A stretch of DNA of 64,000 bases, from positions 224,001 through 288,000 of the forward strand of contig CAWCMR010000013.1 of assembly GCA_963796685.1 (NCBI GenBank), in the 5' to 3' direction. Below, piece after piece: positions 13,304-25,165 of this stretch (position 1 is its first letter; each line of letters begins with the position of its first letter). The translations under genes and the position numbers were made by a program. The notes beneath the pieces were generated by a model. That model was not told the DNA's origin. It worked only from the letters and a program-made list of their open reading frames with translations, and searched no databases. This stretch comes from an uncultured delta proteobacterium (lineage in GTDB: Bacteria; Myxococcota_A; Polyangia; Fen-1088).

Positions 13304-13524
13304 ACAATATAGCGGCGTACGGACACAAGTTCTTTCTCATCGGCGGGGCGATCCTGATAGCAACGGCGGTGCTGCAGTGGTCGATCAGGCCACGGGCGAA
13401 GGACGGCAAGCGTGCCGCGCGCCTGCTTGACGCGACCACGATGAAGGTGATCCTGTTCGTGTCCTTTGGGGTTTTGGCCATCCTGGTGGGGATTGGGGTC
13501 ATCCCCATTGGCGGTGGACGCTGA
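13300..13524 (+). CDS. Small two-TM membrane protein
   Basis: ATGA overlap with the upstream stop; two hydrophobic stretches. Confidence 0.7.
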   Translation: MNNIAAYGHKFFLIGGAILIATAVLQWSIRPRAKDGKRAARLLDATTMKVILFVSFGVLAILVGIGVIPIGGGR

Positions 13525-13636
13525 CACTCGCGCAAGGCATTGAATAGGGTCGGCACTTCCGCTAGAACCACGCCTTCCGTCTTTTGGCCTTCGCCGGGTA
13601 AACCGGAGCGCGGAGCCTGAAAACAGGATCGACGAC

Positions 13637-14962
<1,326 letters not shown>

Positions 14963-14983
14963 GCACGAGGGAGTAGTAGCCCC

Positions 14984-15943
14984 ATGATTTCAGACGATCT
15001 CATCAAAGCCCAGCTTGCAAAAACCCTGGAAACCACCGATTTTCCTGCCCTCGGCAAGAAGTACGCCGGCAAGGTCCGAGACTGCTACGTCAAGGACAAC
15101 CGACGCATCATCGTGGTGACCGACCGAATCAGCGCGTTCGATGTCGTGCTGGGAACCATCCCGTTCAAGGGACAGGTCTTGAACCAGATCGCGGCATACT
15201 GGTTCGAGGTCACCAAGCAGCTTGCCTCGAACCACGTCATCGAGGTGCCCGATCCCACGGTGACGGTTGCCACGGAATGCGAAATCATTCCGGTCGAGTT
15301 CGTCATGCGCGCCTATGTGACCGGCGTGACCACCACGTCGATCTGGTACCACTACTCGCACGGCGAGCGCCGCTTCTGTGGACACGATTTGCCGGAAGGT
15401 ATGCGCAAGAATCAGAAGCTGGACCGTCCGATCCTGACCCCGTCGACCAAGGCCGAAAAGGGCGGACACGACCGATCGGTTTCTCGCGACGAGATCCTGG
15501 CCATGGGCGCGTTGACCCCGGCCGATTTCGACCGCGCGGCCGAGATGTGCGCGCGGGTGTTCGCCTTCGGGCAGAGCCTGGCGTCGCAGCGCGGGCTGAT
15601 CCTGGTCGACACCAAGTACGAGATCGGCCGTCGCCGCGACGGCAGCCTGTGCTTCGTCGACGAGGTCCACACGCCGGACAGCTCGCGCTACTGGTACGCC
15701 GACGACTACCAAGCCCGTTTCGAGCGCGGTGACGAGCCGCGCGGCCTGGACAAGGAATACGTGCGCCACGCGCTCGCCGCCCAAGGCTACACCGGCGACG
15801 GTGCACCCCCGCCGCTCACCGACGAGGTCCGTTGCGAGGCATCCCGCCGCTACGTCTCCCTCTTCGAGCTCGTCACCGGTCGCGAGTTCGTGCCCGATTT
15901 CGACGAGCCCTTGGCGCGCATTCGCAAGAATCTGAAGCTCTAG
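14984..15943 (+). CDS. purC: SAICAR synthase
   Basis: [49 protein letters not shown] and LDKEYVR. Confidence 0.96.
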   Translation: MISDDLIKAQLAKTLETTDFPALGKKYAGKVRDCYVKDNRRIIVVTDRISAFDVVLGTIPFKGQVLNQIAAYWFEVTKQLASNHVIEVPDPTVTVATECEIIPVEFVMRAYVTGVTTTSIWYHYSHGERRFCGHDLPEGMRKNQKLDRPILTPSTKAEKGGHDRSVSRDEILAMGALTPADFDRAAEMCARVFAFGQSLASQRGLILVDTKYEIGRRRDGSLCFVDEVHTPDSSRYWYADDYQARFERGDEPRGLDKEYVRHALAAQGYTGDGAPPPLTDEVRCEASRRYVSLFELVTGREFVPDFDEPLARIRKNLKL

Positions 15944-15971
15944 CCGCAGGCCACGTCGGCTCAGCTCCATC

Positions 15972-16360
15972 GCGGCATCCGGGAGAGTGGCGCTCGGCTT
16001 CTCTCTGTGCTTCGGACATTTCTGAGCCCCAAGCCCATGCAAGCTCGGCGTGCGGGCGGCCGGGGGTGCTTCGAGGCGGCGTCGGCGAGCGCCGCGAGCG
16101 TCCTCGCTCGCATGCCAGCGAGCCAGGATAGGGGCCCGCGACCGGTCATCGCGTGGGGCTTGGCGGGCTTTGCCCGACGAGCCCCTTCGCGCGGAGGGTT
16201 TGGGAACCCTCCCATGGTTCCCATCATACCGGTCGCGTAAGGCCCCGGCTGCCGAGCGTGCCATGGACGCGCGCGGCGCGGCCGCTGGCATGCGGCCGCC
16301 GAGGGGCATCCCCGGCGCAAGCCCGCAGAAGCCGAGCGCCGCTCTCCCGGAGGTTGTTGC
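15972..16360 (+). other. Long nested fold-back element (candidate structured ncRNA or MITE/REPIN-like)
   Basis: 24-bp inverted repeat 15979-16002/16327-16350 plus at least 6 nested inner stems with G-T wobbles. Confidence 0.65.
16150..16223 (+). repeat. Structured repeat family locus 2 (single copy)
   Basis: CGCGT GGGGCT TGGCGGGC TTT GCCCGACG AGCCCC TTCG CGCGGAGGG TTTGGGAACC CTCCCAT GGTTCCCA. Confidence 0.85.
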
Positions 16361-16431
16361 CATTGCCGAGGAAAGCGACGCGCTTTTCCTGTGTGGTCGA
16401 TTTATGGCGGAGCGGCTATTCTCGGGGCACC

Positions 16432-16875
16432 TTGCACGCACTCCCCAATGTTCGATTCCGCAGACTGCGGGCTGCGGCGATCTTGCCACGCTACATGACC
16501 GACGGCGCGGCGGGAATGGATCTGGCGTCGGCGGCCGACGGGCCGATCACCATCGCGCCCGGCCAGCGTCTCGGCGTGCCGACGGGGTGGTCGATGGAGC
16601 TGCCGCTCGGGTACGAGGCGCAGGTGCGGCCGCGCTCGGGAATGGCTCTGCGCCATGGCGTGACGGTGGTGAACGCTCCGGGCACCATCGACAGCGACTA
16701 CCGTGGCGAGATCGTCGTTTTGCTGGTCAACCTCGGGCAAGAGTCACACACCATCTCGGCCGGCGACCGCGTGGCCCAGATGGTTATCGCACCGTTTGTC
16801 CAGGTCACCGTCGAAGAGGTGGCGGAGTTGTCACAAACCAACCGCGGCGAAGGCGGATTTGGCCACACGGGGTGA
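16432..16875 (+). CDS. dut: dUTP diphosphatase
   Basis: [29 protein letters not shown] and [10 protein letters not shown]; TTG start inferred. Confidence 0.95.
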   Translation: MHALPNVRFRRLRAAAILPRYMTDGAAGMDLASAADGPITIAPGQRLGVPTGWSMELPLGYEAQVRPRSGMALRHGVTVVNAPGTIDSDYRGEIVVLLVNLGQESHTISAGDRVAQMVIAPFVQVTVEEVAELSQTNRGEGGFGHTG

Positions 16876-16911
16876 TTGATCTTGCGGCTCCCTGTGTGAC
16901 AAGTTCCGCGC

Positions 16912-18067
16912 ATGAGTGACGTATCAAATCGCGTGGGAGGCCCGCCGGCTTCGCCAGCGGCGGACCAGCGCGGGCGGGAAGGGGAACCCTCCCAGGGTTC
17001 CCAGCGAAAATTGTCTGCAGGCATCGTCGGCGTCTCCGGCTATTCGGGGATGGAGCTGGCGCGCATCTTGGCCGTGCATCCCGCGTTCACGCTCTCCGTG
17101 GTCACCACGGACAAGTGGCAGGGCAAGCGCCTCGGCCAGTTCGTGGCGGTGAGCGGAGACGCGGCCGATCTGACCTGCATGCCGCATGCGGCGGGGCAGC
17201 AGATCTTCGACACGCTCGACGTGGTCTTCTTTTGCACGCCGGCGGAAGCGTCGGTCGCGCTGGCGCCCGTCGCACTCGCGGCGGGAACCCGGGTCGTCGA
17301 TTTGTCGGGGGCTTTTCGTCTGGGTGCGGAGGACTATCCGGCGTGGTACGGCTTCGAGCACGGGCAACCAGACCTGCTAAGGCAAGCGCTCTATTCCATG
17401 CCCGAGGCCGCCGACATGTCCGCGCGACTGCGAGACGCCAGGTTGGTTTCCAGATCCCGGCTGCTATCCGACGGCGTCCGCGCTGTCCGTGTTGCCGCTC
17501 CTTCGCGCCGGTTTGATCGAGCCCGACCCGATCTTCATCGACGCCAAGAGTGGCACGACCGGTGCCGGCCGGAAAGGGGCCGAGGAGTGGTCGTTTTCCG
17601 AGCTTGCCGACGACTTTCGCGCCTATCGGGTCCTGCGCCATCAGCACCAACCCGAAATCGAACGGGTGCTCGCCCTGGGCGGCGCACCGGGTGCGAAGGT
17701 CACTTTCACGCCGCACCTTCTGCCTGTGCGGCGGGGAATCCTGGCCTCGGCTTATTGTCAGTTGAGACCGGGCGCGGGCGGGGCGGATCCGGCGCAGGCG
17801 GCGAAGTGCGCCATGGCGAGCTTCGCTGACGGCAAGCCCTTCATCCAGATCGTGACGCCGGACGAGGTTCGTCTGCGCGCCGTGGTGGGCACGAACCGCG
17901 TCTTGATGGGGGCGAGCGTCGAAGCGAAACGCGGCGTCGTCGTCTCCATCGCGGCCATCGACAACCTGGTCAAGGGGGCCGCCGGGCAGGCGGTGCAGAA
18001 CGCCAACATGATGTTCGGGCTGCCCGAGACCACTGGACTTCTTGCTCTTGCGGGACACATGCCATGA
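16912..18067 (+). CDS. argC: N-acetyl-gamma-glutamyl-phosphate reductase, frameshifted at ~17453
   Basis: GVSGYSG and VVDLSGAFRL in frame 1; PGCYPT, DAKSGTTGAGR, FTPHL and IDNLVKGAAGQAVQN in frame 2; removing one G restores SNPGCYPT. Confidence 0.93.
16930..17004 (+). repeat. Structured repeat family locus 3, in frame within the 5' end of argC
   Basis: CGCGT...CCGCCGGC TTC GCCAGCGGCGG...CGCGGGCGGG AAGGGGAACCCT CCC AGGGTTCCCA. Confidence 0.8.
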
Positions 18068-18942
18068 CCGAATCCTTGCCCCCGGAATCTCTCGCCCTTC
18101 GCCGCGATATGCTCGTCGAGGCGCTGAAGTACATCCAGAAGTTCTCGGGTACCCGCGCCGTCATCAAGTACGGCGGAGCGGCCATGGTCCAGCCCGAGCT
18201 CAAACGCAGCTTCGCTCTCGACGTGGTGCTGTTGCAGGCCGCCGGCCTGCGGCCGGTGATCGTCCACGGCGGCGGTCCGGAGATCACGCGCACGCTGGAA
18301 CGCCTTGGGCAGAAGAGCGAATTCATCGACGGTCAACGTGTGACCGGCATGGCCGAGATGGGCGTGGTCGAGATGGTCCTCACGGGCAAGGTGAACACCG
18401 AGATCGTCGGACTCATCAACACCTTGGGCGGTTCGGCCATGGGCATGTCGGGCAAGGATGCGCACCTCATCCGGGCGCGCAAGCAGATCCCGCGGCCGGG
18501 CAAGCCCGACCTCGGCCTCGTGGGCGAGGTGGAATCCATCAACGCCGAGGTGGTCGAGATGCTGCTCGACAAGAAGTACATCCCGGTGATTTCGCCGGTG
18601 GGACTCGGGGCCGATGGCAGCAGCTACAACATCAACGCCGACCACGTGGCCGCCGAGATCGCCGTGGCGGCCAAGGCCCAGAAGCTCATCTTCCTGACCG
18701 ACGTGGCCGGGATTCTCGACGAGAACGGCCAACTCTTGAGCGAGCTGACGACCGCGGATCTGCGCGGTCGACTGCAAGAAGGCAAGGCCGTGAAGGGTGG
18801 CATGGCGGTGAAATCGAAGGCCGTCCTGCGCGCCCTCGAAGGCGGTGTCGAGGCCGTGCACGTGGTCGACGGCCGCGAGCCCCACAGCGTGGTTGTCGAG
18901 CTCTTCACCGACAAGGGCGTCGGCACGCTGGTCAGACCGTAG
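18064..18942 (+). CDS. argB: Acetylglutamate kinase
   Basis: VIKYGGAAM, VHGGGPEI, YNINAD, LTDVAG, GGMAVK and ELFTDKGVGT. Confidence 0.97.
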   Translation: MTESLPPESLALRRDMLVEALKYIQKFSGTRAVIKYGGAAMVQPELKRSFALDVVLLQAAGLRPVIVHGGGPEITRTLERLGQKSEFIDGQRVTGMAEMGVVEMVLTGKVNTEIVGLINTLGGSAMGMSGKDAHLIRARKQIPRPGKPDLGLVGEVESINAEVVEMLLDKKYIPVISPVGLGADGSSYNINADHVAAEIAVAAKAQKLIFLTDVAGILDENGQLLSELTTADLRGRLQEGKAVKGGMAVKSKAVLRALEGGVEAVHVVDGREPHSVVVELFTDKGVGTLVRP

Positions 18943-18945
18943 GCT

Positions 18946-21183
18946 TCAATCCCTTGCGCCCGCGAATCCCGCGCGAAGGTTGTTGAGGGTGCCCCAACTC
19001 GCTTCGTGCCAGTGCGCGCGGTGGGCGAGGTAGATGCCGGCCAGGTCGCGGAAGTAGCGCAAGGCCAGCGGGCGCTTGGCGTTGATTTCGGATTTCTCCG
19101 ACGGATCCACGGATGTGTCGTAGAGGGATTCCTTGCCCGAGTAATCGACCACGTAGTGCAAGAATCGAGAACGGAGCGAGTAGCTGCGTCCGTACTCCGA
19201 CGGCTCCACGCGAGGTACCCACGGTCCTTGGCGCAGGATCATGGGCAAGAGGCTCTCGCCCTGCACGCGCGCATCGGGCGCGACCCCCAACACGTCCAGG
19301 ATGGTCGGCACGACGTCGGTGTGACTGACCACGGTGGGGATCTTCTCACCGTGGCCCGTGCCGGGCAGGAAGAACACCAGAGGCACATTGGTCAGCTCGG
19401 CCCAGTTGCCGTAGGCGTGCCCCAGGCTCCCGTGTTCGAGGAACCCTTCGCCGTGATCTGCCAAGAGGACGATGTCGGTGTTGTCGGCGAGACCGCGCGC
19501 TTTCAAGCCAGCGCTGAGGGTCCCGAAGCATTCGTCGAGGTGCTCGACCTCGCCGTCGTAGAGGCCCTTGAGCTGCGCCCAGCGCTCGGGGGTCATCTTG
19601 AGCCGGCCGCCCACGATGGCGCCCAGAATAGTCCCGTCAGGGCTCTTGCCGATGGCGGGATCCATGGGGCCGTCGTAGTAATGCTCGGTCGTGCCCTGGT
19701 GATAGAGGTAGGGCGTGTGGGCCTCGAACGCCACGGCCGAGACGAAAAAGCGCTTGCCTGTTTGCTTGTCCGCAAAGGCCAGGATCTGTTTGACCACGGC
19801 CGAGCAGTCGCCACCCTTGCCCTCGGCGTTCGGCATGTGGAATTCGTTCCACGTCGAGACCGGCTTCAGCCGGTTCATGGCGAACGAAGCGTCGCCCACG
19901 AAATCGGTGGCGAAGCCGGCCTTGGCCAAGATCGCGCTCACCATGGGCGTGCCGGGATTGACCTTGCTCTTGTCGCCGAGGATGCCGCTTACCCGCGGCA
20001 TGCAGCCGCTCTGGATGCTGGCGTGCGAGGGCGGCGATGAGGGCGACGCGGCCTGGGTCGACGTGAAGGTCACGCCCGACGCTTGCACGGCCTTGGCGAT
20101 GTTGGGGGTGCGAACGCGCGAGTCGGCGTACATGGGTAGCTTGTCCGCGCGCAAGGCATCGGCCACCAGCATCACCAGATTGCGCGCGGGCCGCGGGCGC
20201 GGCTCGACGGCGGCCTTGGGCAGAAGGATGCGGGGCTCGCACCAGGCCGCGTCCGTTGGTCGTCCGTCGCGGATCGACAGCTCGAGCGCGACGAGCTTTC
20301 CCGAATATTCCGCCAAGCCCAGTCTTCGCTCGCGTGTGCTTGCAGGCTCCTGCTTCTCGTCGAGCAGAATCTTGGCTGGCCGATCCTCCGGAGTCACCGC
20401 GACCTGGAAGCGCGCCGCGCCCGTGGTGGTGGCAGTTCCGAACACCAACCATCCATCCTGCGGAACCTCGACGGGCATCCTCAGGCGCGCAAAGCCGGTG
20501 AGGCATTCGCGCTCTTGCCCTGCAATTCTCACCTTGGCCACGGGGGAGGCCGCGAGCCAGGTCTCCTCTTGCGCCTGCGGCGGCGTGCCCGCCACGATTT
20601 CGACGGAATGGAAGACCGCGCCCTTCTTTGCGGTCGCCAACGCCAGCGTGTTCTCGCCGCGGGTCAGCACGTGGGCGGGGACGGACAGAAACAGCTGCTG
20701 CCAACCGGATTCGAGGGTTGCGTTCTTGATAGGGCGGCCATTGAGTCGGACGGACAGCTTCTTGCCCGTGGATCCGCCATGCACCCGAACGAGGATGCTT
20801 GCCTCGCCCGAGTCCTCGCTCCATGGAAAGTGGAGAGTGGCCGCCATGGTGCCCAAGGTGCGCCCGGCGTGCCCGTCGAGCTCGACCGTGGCTCGCCACG
20901 GATTGTTGTATTCCTGGCTGTACTTGCGGAACCCCTCGCCTGCAAATGGAATGACCAGGCCTTGCTCGTACAGGTGCCAGAGCGCGCTCGACGTCAGCAG
21001 ATTCAGCGCAGGTCCGGTCTCATCGAGGGCGGGCGAAGCCGGCACATTCACGGCGCGGGCAGATGGCGCGGTCGACGGCGCCGGGGCGCTTTCGGCGCTG
21101 TGCGCGCCCGTTCCGCCACAGGCAAAGAACGTGGCCGTCGCGACCAGGCCGTATGCACCCGCGTGGACAACAAGCTTCGACAT
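18946..21183 (-). CDS. Sulfatase-like hydrolase/transferase, probable lipoprotein
   Basis: FFAC lipobox; DALRAD, SPSSPPSHAS, DHGEGFLEHG..GH and VPL motifs. Confidence 0.85.
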   Translation of the reverse strand: MSKLVVHAGAYGLVATATFFACGGTGAHSAESAPAPSTAPSARAVNVPASPALDETGPALNLLTSSALWHLYEQGLVIPFAGEGFRKYSQEYNNPWRATVELDGHAGRTLGTMAATLHFPWSEDSGEASILVRVHGGSTGKKLSVRLNGRPIKNATLESGWQQLFLSVPAHVLTRGENTLALATAKKGAVFHSVEIVAGTPPQAQEETWLAASPVAKVRIAGQERECLTGFARLRMPVEVPQDGWLVFGTATTTGAARFQVAVTPEDRPAKILLDEKQEPASTRERRLGLAEYSGKLVALELSIRDGRPTDAAWCEPRILLPKAAVEPRPRPARNLVMLVADALRADKLPMYADSRVRTPNIAKAVQASGVTFTSTQAASPSSPPSHASIQSGCMPRVSGILGDKSKVNPGTPMVSAILAKAGFATDFVGDASFAMNRLKPVSTWNEFHMPNAEGKGGDCSAVVKQILAFADKQTGKRFFVSAVAFEAHTPYLYHQGTTEHYYDGPMDPAIGKSPDGTILGAIVGGRLKMTPERWAQLKGLYDGEVEHLDECFGTLSAGLKARGLADNTDIVLLADHGEGFLEHGSLGHAYGNWAELTNVPLVFFLPGTGHGEKIPTVVSHTDVVPTILDVLGVAPDARVQGESLLPMILRQGPWVPRVEPSEYGRSYSLRSRFLHYVVDYSGKESLYDTSVDPSEKSEINAKRPLALRYFRDLAGIYLAHRAHWHEASWGTLNNLRAGFAGARD

Positions 21184-21287
21184 GCGCGGGTTTTACCCTT
21201 TTCGTTCATCCGCCGCGAGCCTGGCCTCGATGAGCGGTTCCTGCACGGTCCCATCTCGACTATGATGAGGGCCCAGCAGGGGATTTC

Positions 21288-22478
21288 ATGTTCTCCCGTT
21301 TCGCCCGCGCGCAGGACGCTTCTTCTCGAACCCTCCGGTCCGCCCTCATCGGCGGCACGATCCTCGTGGCGTGGACGCTGTGGTTCTTCCTCGCGCGCGT
21401 ATCGCTCTACGAGACCAGCCGGCAGGCCAGGATCGAGGTCGAATCCGCTCCGCACGACGTGGATGCGCCGGTCGCAGGCCGCTTGCTGCGGACCAACCTC
21501 GTGCTCGAAAAGCAGGTGGCGGCGGGCGAGGTACTGGTCGAAATGGACAGCGAGGCGTGGCAGCTGGAACGGGAGGCCGAGGAGGGCAAGATGCTCGCAG
21601 TCGCGCCCCAGATCGCGGCCCTCGAGCGCGAGCTTTTGTCCGACGAGGAGGCGCTACGCGGCGAAGACCGCGCCCTTTTGGCGGAGGTCAGCGAGGCGCG
21701 GGCCCGTCAGCGTGCCAGCGATGCGGTCGCGCAGCTCAAGGCCTCGGAGCGCGAACAGGTCGAGACCCTGCACAAACAACACGTGGTGGCCGACGTCGAG
21801 CGCCAGCGCACGCAGGCCGACTATGAGAAGCAGACGGCCGAATCCCAGGCGGCACGCGCCCAGGTCGGCCGCCTGGGGACCGAAGGCGTGGTGCGAAAGA
21901 ACGATCGACGGGCCAAGATCGCACGTCTCGAAGCCGAGATTGCCCGTTTGCAAAGCGTGCGGACCGATGCCGAGTCGCGCATGCGTATCCTCGATCAACG
22001 TATCGACTTATACACGGTGCGCGCGCCCATCTCGGGGCGCATCGGCTACACGGTCAATCTCCAGGCGGGGGCGGTGGTCACGGCGGGCACGCGCCTGTGC
22101 ACCATCGTTCCCTCGGGCAACCTGCGTGCCGTGGCATTCTTCGATGCCGCGACCGCCGCCGGGCGGGTCAAGCCGGATCAGTCCGCGCGCATGCGGCTCT
22201 TCGGCTTTCCCTGGACCAAGTTCGGCGTGCTCACGGCCCACGTGGAGCGCGTGGGCACCGAGCCCAAAGATGGGTTGATCCGCGTCGAGCTGGAGCTCGA
22301 TGCGACACAGAAATCGCGCATCCCGGTCGAGCACGGGTTGCAAGGCAGCGCCGAGGTCGAAGTGGAACAAGTTGCGCCCGTGGCACTGGTTCTCGACGCC
22401 GCCGGGCGCTACCTGATGAGCTCTGGAGGCGGTTCTGCTCAGGCCGCGCCCGTCTCGACGCCGGCCACACCCCGATGA
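21288..22478 (+). CDS. HlyD-family membrane fusion (adaptor) protein
   Basis: N-terminal TM, 'VDAPVAGRL...VAAGEVL', coiled coil and 'VRAPISGRI'. Confidence 0.9.
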   Translation: MFSRFARAQDASSRTLRSALIGGTILVAWTLWFFLARVSLYETSRQARIEVESAPHDVDAPVAGRLLRTNLVLEKQVAAGEVLVEMDSEAWQLEREAEEGKMLAVAPQIAALERELLSDEEALRGEDRALLAEVSEARARQRASDAVAQLKASEREQVETLHKQHVVADVERQRTQADYEKQTAESQAARAQVGRLGTEGVVRKNDRRAKIARLEAEIARLQSVRTDAESRMRILDQRIDLYTVRAPISGRIGYTVNLQAGAVVTAGTRLCTIVPSGNLRAVAFFDAATAAGRVKPDQSARMRLFGFPWTKFGVLTAHVERVGTEPKDGLIRVELELDATQKSRIPVEHGLQGSAEVEVEQVAPVALVLDAAGRYLMSSGGGSAQAAPVSTPATPR

Positions 22479-25165
22479 GCGAACGTGGATCACGGCGAGA
22501 AGGCGAGGAAACGGCGCGCCGGTTTCTCGCGCCCGAGGCGATCCAGACCTCGAACATGGACTGCGGTCCGGCGACGCTCAAGTCGATGCTGTCGGGCTTC
22601 GGCATCAGGGCCAGCTATGGCCGTCTGCGCGAGGCCTGCCATACGAGCGTCGATGGCACCTCCATCGATACCCTGGAGGAGCTGACCAACGCACTTGGCC
22701 TCAGGGCGGATCAGGAGATGATGCCCGTGGAGCAGGTGCTTTCACCCAAGGCGGACTGCCTGCCCGCCTTGGTGGTTACCCGCCTGCCGTCAGGGCTCAC
22801 GCATTTCGTGGTGGTGTGGCGAAGCGTGGGCACTTGGGTTCAAATCATGGATCCCGGACGCGGGCGACGCTGGGTCAAGCGCAAGGTGCTCGAGCGCGAT
22901 CTCTACGTTCACGAGAGCGAGGTCTCGGCAAGCGACGTCGCCGAGTGGTTGGCCTCGCCCGCGTTCGTTGGGCCCTTGCGCCTGCGCATGCAAAAGACTC
23001 TTGGCCGGGGCGTGGAAGAAGAGACACTCGATCGCGCCGTCGCTGGGGGGTGGAAGGGGGTGGCGGCGATCGATGCTGCCTTGCGCGCCACGTCCCGCAT
23101 GGTCGAGCACGGGGCCATGCGACCAGGCCGGGCGGCGGAAGTGTTCCGCCTTCTCCTCGACTCGACGGATGGGCCGGTGCCGAGTGCCTTGATTCCACCG
23201 GCGCTGTGGACGGTCCGCCGCAGCGAGGATGGCACGGGCGACAATCTCGTGGTTCGTGGAGCCGTCGTTCTCAAGGTCATGGGCAAGGGTGAGGTCGCGC
23301 CCGACTTGCCGCCGGAGCTCTCGGCGGCCATCCGGGCCGACGAGATCGGCCCTGGTCGCCGCTTGTTCCAACTCTTGCGCGAGGACGGCCTGTGGCGTGC
23401 GCTGCCCCTCTTGACCGGGCTTGCCATCGCCGGGATGGGCAGCGTGGTCGAGGTCCTGCTCTTCCGCGGCGCTTTCGACATTGGCCAGCGCCTGGCGGTC
23501 TTCGAGCAACGGCTTCTCGCCGCCCTGGCGCTTCTCCTGCTTCTGACGGCACTGTCGCTGGTCGAATGGCCGGTGGCGCGTGGCCTGTGGGACGCGGGCC
23601 GACGGCTCGAGATCCGTCTTCGCCGCGCCTTTCTGCACAAGCTGCCCCGACTCGGCGATCGCTATTTTCAAAGCCGTCCCATCTCCAACATGGCCGAAAG
23701 CTCGCACCTTCTGCACTGGGTGCGGCTGTTGCCGGGCCACGGGGGGCAGATCGTCCGCTGTCTGTGCGAGCTGGGAGCGACCACGACGGGCGTCATCTGG
23801 CTGCATCCGTCTTCGGCGCCGCTGGTGCTGTTGCTCGCCGCCTTGGTGGTGTTTCTGCCTCTTCTCGGTCAGCCCATCCTGCTCGAGAAGGATCTGCGCA
23901 TGCGCGGCCACGCGGGCGGGCTGGCGCGATTCTATCTCGATGCCTTGTTGGGTTTGTCCGCGATCCGCGCCCATACCGCCGAGGGTGCGGTGGCGGCCGA
24001 GCACGGCAGCCGGTTGCGCGAGTGGGCTCGCGCCGCGCGCGACGTGGCGCGTACGCAGATTCTGGTCGAGACGTCGCTTGGATTGGTGGGCTTCGGGTTG
24101 GCGGCGTTCATCGTGTTCCACTACCTGATTTCGGCCGAGGGTTCGGGGTGGGCCATTCTGCTCGTCTACTGGGTCCTCATGATTCCCTCGTTGGGAATCG
24201 AGCTGGCGTTCCTCATCCAGCAATACCCGCAGCACCGCAACGTCACCTTGCGCTTGCTCGAGCCACTCGGGGCAGAGGAGGGGGCGTCCGACGAGAACAC
24301 GGCCGACACGAAGCCGAGCGAGCAGAACGAGGCGCCCGTGCCCGCGCCAACCATCGTGTTCGAGAACGTCAGCGTGCAACAGGCCGGCAACCAGGTCCTG
24401 TCCGTGGCATCGCTGTCCATTCCCGCCGGCGCGCACGTCGCCATCGTCGGCGTGTCGGGCGCGGGGAAATCCAGCTTGGTCGGACTTCTGCTCGGTTGGT
24501 ATCAGCCCAACACCGGCGCCGTGCTGGTCGACGGCAAGTCCCTGGCCAGCGGGGTTCTCGCGCGTCTGCGTCGGCGCACCATCTGGGTCGATCCGACGGT
24601 TCAGCTGTGGAATCGGTCGCTGCTGGAAAACCTGCGCTATGGCCAGGAAAGTGAAAGGCGTCCCGTGGGTGAGGCGGTAGAGGCGGCCGAGCTCGATGAA
24701 GTGTTGGCGCGCCTTCCCATGGGCCTGCAAACGTCCGTGGGCGCCGGCGGGGCCTTGTTGTCCGGTGGGGAGGGACAACGGGTACGTCTCGGGCGTGGCA
24801 TCTGCCGGGGAGCGCCGAGCCTGGTGATTCTGGACGAGGCCTTCTGCGGACTGGAACGCACCCGGCGAAGCGCCATGCTGAAGGCCGCGCGCATACGCTG
24901 GAAGGATGCGACCCTGCTATGCATCACCCATGATATCGCCGAGACGCGAGGCTTCGAACGTGTTCTCGTGATCGAAGGTGGTCGCATTATCGAGGATGGC
25001 TCGCCGGCTGGACTGGCCGAGCACCGTGATTCGCGCTACGCGTGCCTTCTGGACGCCGAGCAGCGGGCCTTGGCGCGACTGGCTGGACCGGAATGGCGCC
25101 ACCTGCGTGTCGATGGCGGCCATGTCTCCGAGAGGGCGAAATCCTCTCCCGAGGAGCGGACGTGA
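22475..25165 (+). CDS. Peptidase C39-containing ABC transporter
   Basis: Q..MDCGP, HFVVV and MDPGRG triad; TMD; GVSGAGKS, LSGGEGQR, ILDEA and ITHD. Confidence 0.92.
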   Translation: MSERGSRREGEETARRFLAPEAIQTSNMDCGPATLKSMLSGFGIRASYGRLREACHTSVDGTSIDTLEELTNALGLRADQEMMPVEQVLSPKADCLPALVVTRLPSGLTHFVVVWRSVGTWVQIMDPGRGRRWVKRKVLERDLYVHESEVSASDVAEWLASPAFVGPLRLRMQKTLGRGVEEETLDRAVAGGWKGVAAIDAALRATSRMVEHGAMRPGRAAEVFRLLLDSTDGPVPSALIPPALWTVRRSEDGTGDNLVVRGAVVLKVMGKGEVAPDLPPELSAAIRADEIGPGRRLFQLLREDGLWRALPLLTGLAIAGMGSVVEVLLFRGAFDIGQRLAVFEQRLLAALALLLLLTALSLVEWPVARGLWDAGRRLEIRLRRAFLHKLPRLGDRYFQSRPISNMAESSHLLHWVRLLPGHGGQIVRCLCELGATTTGVIWLHPSSAPLVLLLAALVVFLPLLGQPILLEKDLRMRGHAGGLARFYLDALLGLSAIRAHTAEGAVAAEHGSRLREWARAARDVARTQILVETSLGLVGFGLAAFIVFHYLISAEGSGWAILLVYWVLMIPSLGIELAFLIQQYPQHRNVTLRLLEPLGAEEGASDENTADTKPSEQNEAPVPAPTIVFENVSVQQAGNQVLSVASLSIPAGAHVAIVGVSGAGKSSLVGLLLGWYQPNTGAVLVDGKSLASGVLARLRRRTIWVDPTVQLWNRSLLENLRYGQESERRPVGEAVEAAELDEVLARLPMGLQTSVGAGGALLSGGEGQRVRLGRGICRGAPSLVILDEAFCGLERTRRSAMLKAARIRWKDATLLCITHDIAETRGFERVLVIEGGRIIEDGSPAGLAEHRDSRYACLLDAEQRALARLAGPEWRHLRVDGGHVSERAKSSPEERT

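Noticed and set aside
16146-16227. TCAT as a definite target-site duplication
   Set aside because: TCAT also follows the array end at 32393 and is absent at other loci, so it may be part of the element
16153-16431. N-terminal extension of Dut (240-aa ORF)
   Set aside because: It runs through the repeat and fold-back element; Dut homology starts near 16432
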